Below, piece by piece: positions 60,849-64,000 of a stretch of 64,000 nucleotides of DNA; position 1 is the first letter of the stretch, and every line of letters starts with the position of its first letter. The notes beneath the pieces are model-generated. The model did no database searches and was not told where the DNA came from. It saw nothing but the letters and a program-made list of their open reading frames with translations. The position numbers and the translations under genes were made by a program. This DNA comes from Narcine bancroftii. Its lineage: Eukaryota. The stretch covers positions 7,378,001 through 7,442,000 of the forward strand of contig NC_091477.1 in NCBI RefSeq assembly GCF_036971445.1. The letters run 5' to 3'.

Positions 60849-63800
60849 GCTATTGAGATCTTGGATTTGGCGTGAGGGCGCAGCAGGGTAAACCACAGGG
60901 CTGTGTGTCATCACCAATGGAAACAACTCCAAGTAATGAAGTAAAGGTACATGAATTCTATAAAGTTGAGGCCTTTCCTGTCAAGTCATGCCTTTTACCC
61001 AGAAAGAGAGACTCAGCTGTATTCAACCAGTTGGAAGATTAGCAGCATTATTTGGCATGGTGCCATATTCTCCTGCAGCTTGTTGTTCCCTGGACAAAGT
61101 GAACTGCCAATCAACTTCTGTAAGATGCAACTTAAGTGTAGTTATACTTAGTATCCTGCCATCTTTAACACATCTGGGCTCGTTTCCTCTAAATTGACCC
61201 ATTGGTCTCTGAGCAACCAAAGATGGGTGCGGCATCCCAGGCTTACCAGCAAGGTCCATCTCCACAAAATGAATATGAGACGAAGGCCAAGAGTTTGCCC
61301 AAAGGCTCGTCACTGGACCTGCCCCACTACTGCAGTGTTCTTTAGGATGCAGTTTTTCTTTCTTTCATACTGAGCTCTAAGTCTGCCTCAGCAGGATGGC
61401 AATCATTTATCACTGCCCTTCACAGGCCTTTCCTTCTACCAGCAGTTGAGACCTATAGCCAAAAGCTTACATTAATAACATTCTTCCCCAGTGTACAAGT
61501 TTACACACTTGCAACTGCTCTGAGATTAGAGATAATTTTCATTTGCAGACATTTCAAAGCATCAACTAATTCTGTTCTAGAAGGCATGAGAGGGAGAGAC
61601 ATAGAGGGAGAGAAATTGAGGGAGAGGAGAAAGAGAAACCAAGAGGAAAGAGGTATGAGAGAAACACACACCCACCCACCTATCTCCATCTAAAACTCCC
61701 TCTGCCTTGGAAAAGTAGCCAACATATTAAAAGACTCATCCCACCCTTCACTCCCTCCCACCATGTATGAGATCATGCACCACAAGATTCAAGGATGGTT
61801 CCTTTCCCTGCCATACAAGACTCCTGATCGAATCCCAAAATAGTAAAATTATGTTGCCTTAACTCCTGACAAACTGAGCTCTCTGTAACTCAGCCCCTTT
61901 TTAACTGGGTCTCCTTTATACTATGTGTGAGATGTCCACTGGTCTACTTTCAAAACAAGTTCTACAACTGCAGCTTGGTACAAGTTACAATAGACCAAGT
62001 TGAAAGAAGAACTGTATGACTTCAAAAGAGAGAGGAATAGAAAGAAGAAATTGTTTGCATGTGTGAGAGGGAGACAAAGAGAAGGAGGGAGAGACAGAAA
62101 GAGAGGAATAAAAAGAAAATTCTGTTTGCGTGTGGGAGAGGGAGAGAGTGAGAGAGAATTTAGTGCCCAACATAACTGAATGGATCCCCCCCCCACCCGG
62201 CAGAGCATTACGTTGCGTTGCTTGGAAACGCCTCGGCAGGCACTCAACGTGAAGTCATTGAACAGGTGCACTGCTGTGCTCGGCTTCCACTCCTGGGGAC
62301 AGCCTCATCTGGCTTTCCTTTCCCTAACTCTTCCTTCCTCACTCTTGGGAAACTTATTAATCCCCCTGTAATGAGACAAATTTTCCTGCCCACAGAAAAT
62401 ATCAGGATTTGGAAACCAGTCGAACCCATGGCGACTGGCAAAGCGATCACGATGAAGTACAAGTCAAACAAATTCTAAAGTCACGTCTCCATTTTCAGGA
62501 AAATATCAATATGAGTAAATCGTCCATTTAACATTATTTCTCTGCATCTCTCTTTATGGTGTGCACTTTGGCATTTAATTCCCACCTTTAAATATCCTCT
62601 AACTGGGTGGATTGCTAGGGCATTGTATTGGGTAGGACATTGGTGGAGTTCAAGTAAAATAAAAATGCTGGCAATAAGAGGTTCCACCAGAATATTTGTC
62701 CATAAATGGCAACCCCTAATGGGGTTTATTGCTTTGAATTACGAGTGTTTTCAATGGAAACAACTCATGGCGAGATGGTTGTACCACTACAATTGGTAAT
62801 ATAACAAAGATCAGGGACTGGGGGCCCAAGCATGTATCTGCGGTCTATCCGAACATTTATGTCTATGTGTGTGCAAGTTTTTCTTTTTAAAAAAAATTAA
62901 AATAGGAGCCCATCGGTATAACATGTGCAAAGGTGTCTTTGATGCTCACAAACATATTTTTTTTAAAAAAGAAGCAAAGTTATGACCTTCCATGGACCCT
63001 TGATTTTCATCGGAATTCACTGGCTTACCTGAAACATTAACTATTTATCTCCCTACAGAAGCTGCTTGAAGCAGCCAGGTATTTCCAGAATCTACTGTTT
63101 TATTTCAAGTTTCCAGCATCTGCATTATTTTGGTTTCTGGCTCCATGTTTGGCCAAAGACATCCAATGACCTTCTCAAAAAGACATTAGTGAACCAGTTT
63201 TATTTTAATGTTAAAGCGCCACTCCCATCATTCCACGGTTATTATTCTGCTAATTACAGTTTTATTTAATTAACTGTATTTTAACTCCCCAGCTTCGATG
63301 GTGGACTTTAAATTCATGTAACTGGACTATTTGTTAATTTAACTCTGCCATTGTTACATTTCTCAATGCAAACACAAATAATTCGTTATCAATGGTTCAG
63401 CATATGTCTCACCAGGACCCTATTCCCACACTTCTTTTAAATTCACTGGGATCTCATGACTGTAATCCTCGTAAACGTATTGGATCTCGTTCCCTCGCTC
63501 TGTTTGTCCCCCGAACCGCATTCTCTGTTCAACTACATGGGGGCCCTTTATCCTACGCTCCCTTTAAAATTATAAGGTATTCATTATGTGCTCAACTGGT
63601 TGATGAAAACAATATATCATACAACCACATCACCTTCCTTTTAAAAAAATGGTGATTTTTAAAAAAATATATATTTTGGTCCACTGATAGACAAATAGTC
63701 CAGAACACCTACTGGTCTAACTAATATCATCAAAATACCTCCGGATCCTGGATTATCAATTAAACTTTGTTCCACTTCATGCAATGCCCTGAAAGTCAAC

Positions 63801-64000
63801 TCAGTCTTTCTTTATCTGTTTGGTTCTGGTGCATAACCTTCCTCAGTATTACTCAAACTCCAAGTAATCACTGGAAATTCAAATAAATTAAATGCTAATG
63901 TGGGTCCCTTTGCAATTATGAATCGTAATCTCTTTCAAGAGAAGGATGGATCATCAGTTGTTATCTGTCTCTGATGGCTTTGAACAACAGGCAAGTAGGT

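Noticed and set aside
62285-62365. Minus-strand terminal exon (GINKFPKSEEGRVRERKAR*)
   Set aside because: There is an acceptor-like site only. The purine-rich low-complexity sequence is open by composition and has no independent support.

Overview
Eukaryotic, repeat-dominated DNA. The repeat families (V-SINE/HE1-like SINEs, CR1, Rex1/Babar, L1, RTE, Penelope-like elements, Chapaev3, Harbinger, pogo/Tigger and piggyBac MITEs) suggest a cartilaginous fish, probably a ray; this is inference. There are no prokaryotic genes, CRISPR arrays, rRNA or true tRNA genes. Nearly all six-frame ORFs are retrotransposon remnants or chance. The only long clean ORF is the 3' part of a young RTE LINE ORF (26270-27091). 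Between the repeats there is tentative support for the 3' end of an unidentified minus-strand host gene, made of 33-nt micro-exons (45739-45771, 42380-42412) and a terminal exon starting at 37900. The most notable signals are: (i) an abundant short Penelope-derived element carrying a minimal hammerhead-ribozyme core, often as fold-back inverted pairs; (ii) a Chapaev3 deletion derivative with intact TTA TSDs; (iii) a near-pristine RTE copy in a (TG)n tract; (iv) a 24-bp minisatellite born inside a Rex1 LINE; (v) a local inverted duplication. Repeat boundaries were read by eye and are approximate unless TSD or TIR coordinates are given. No database searches were run.
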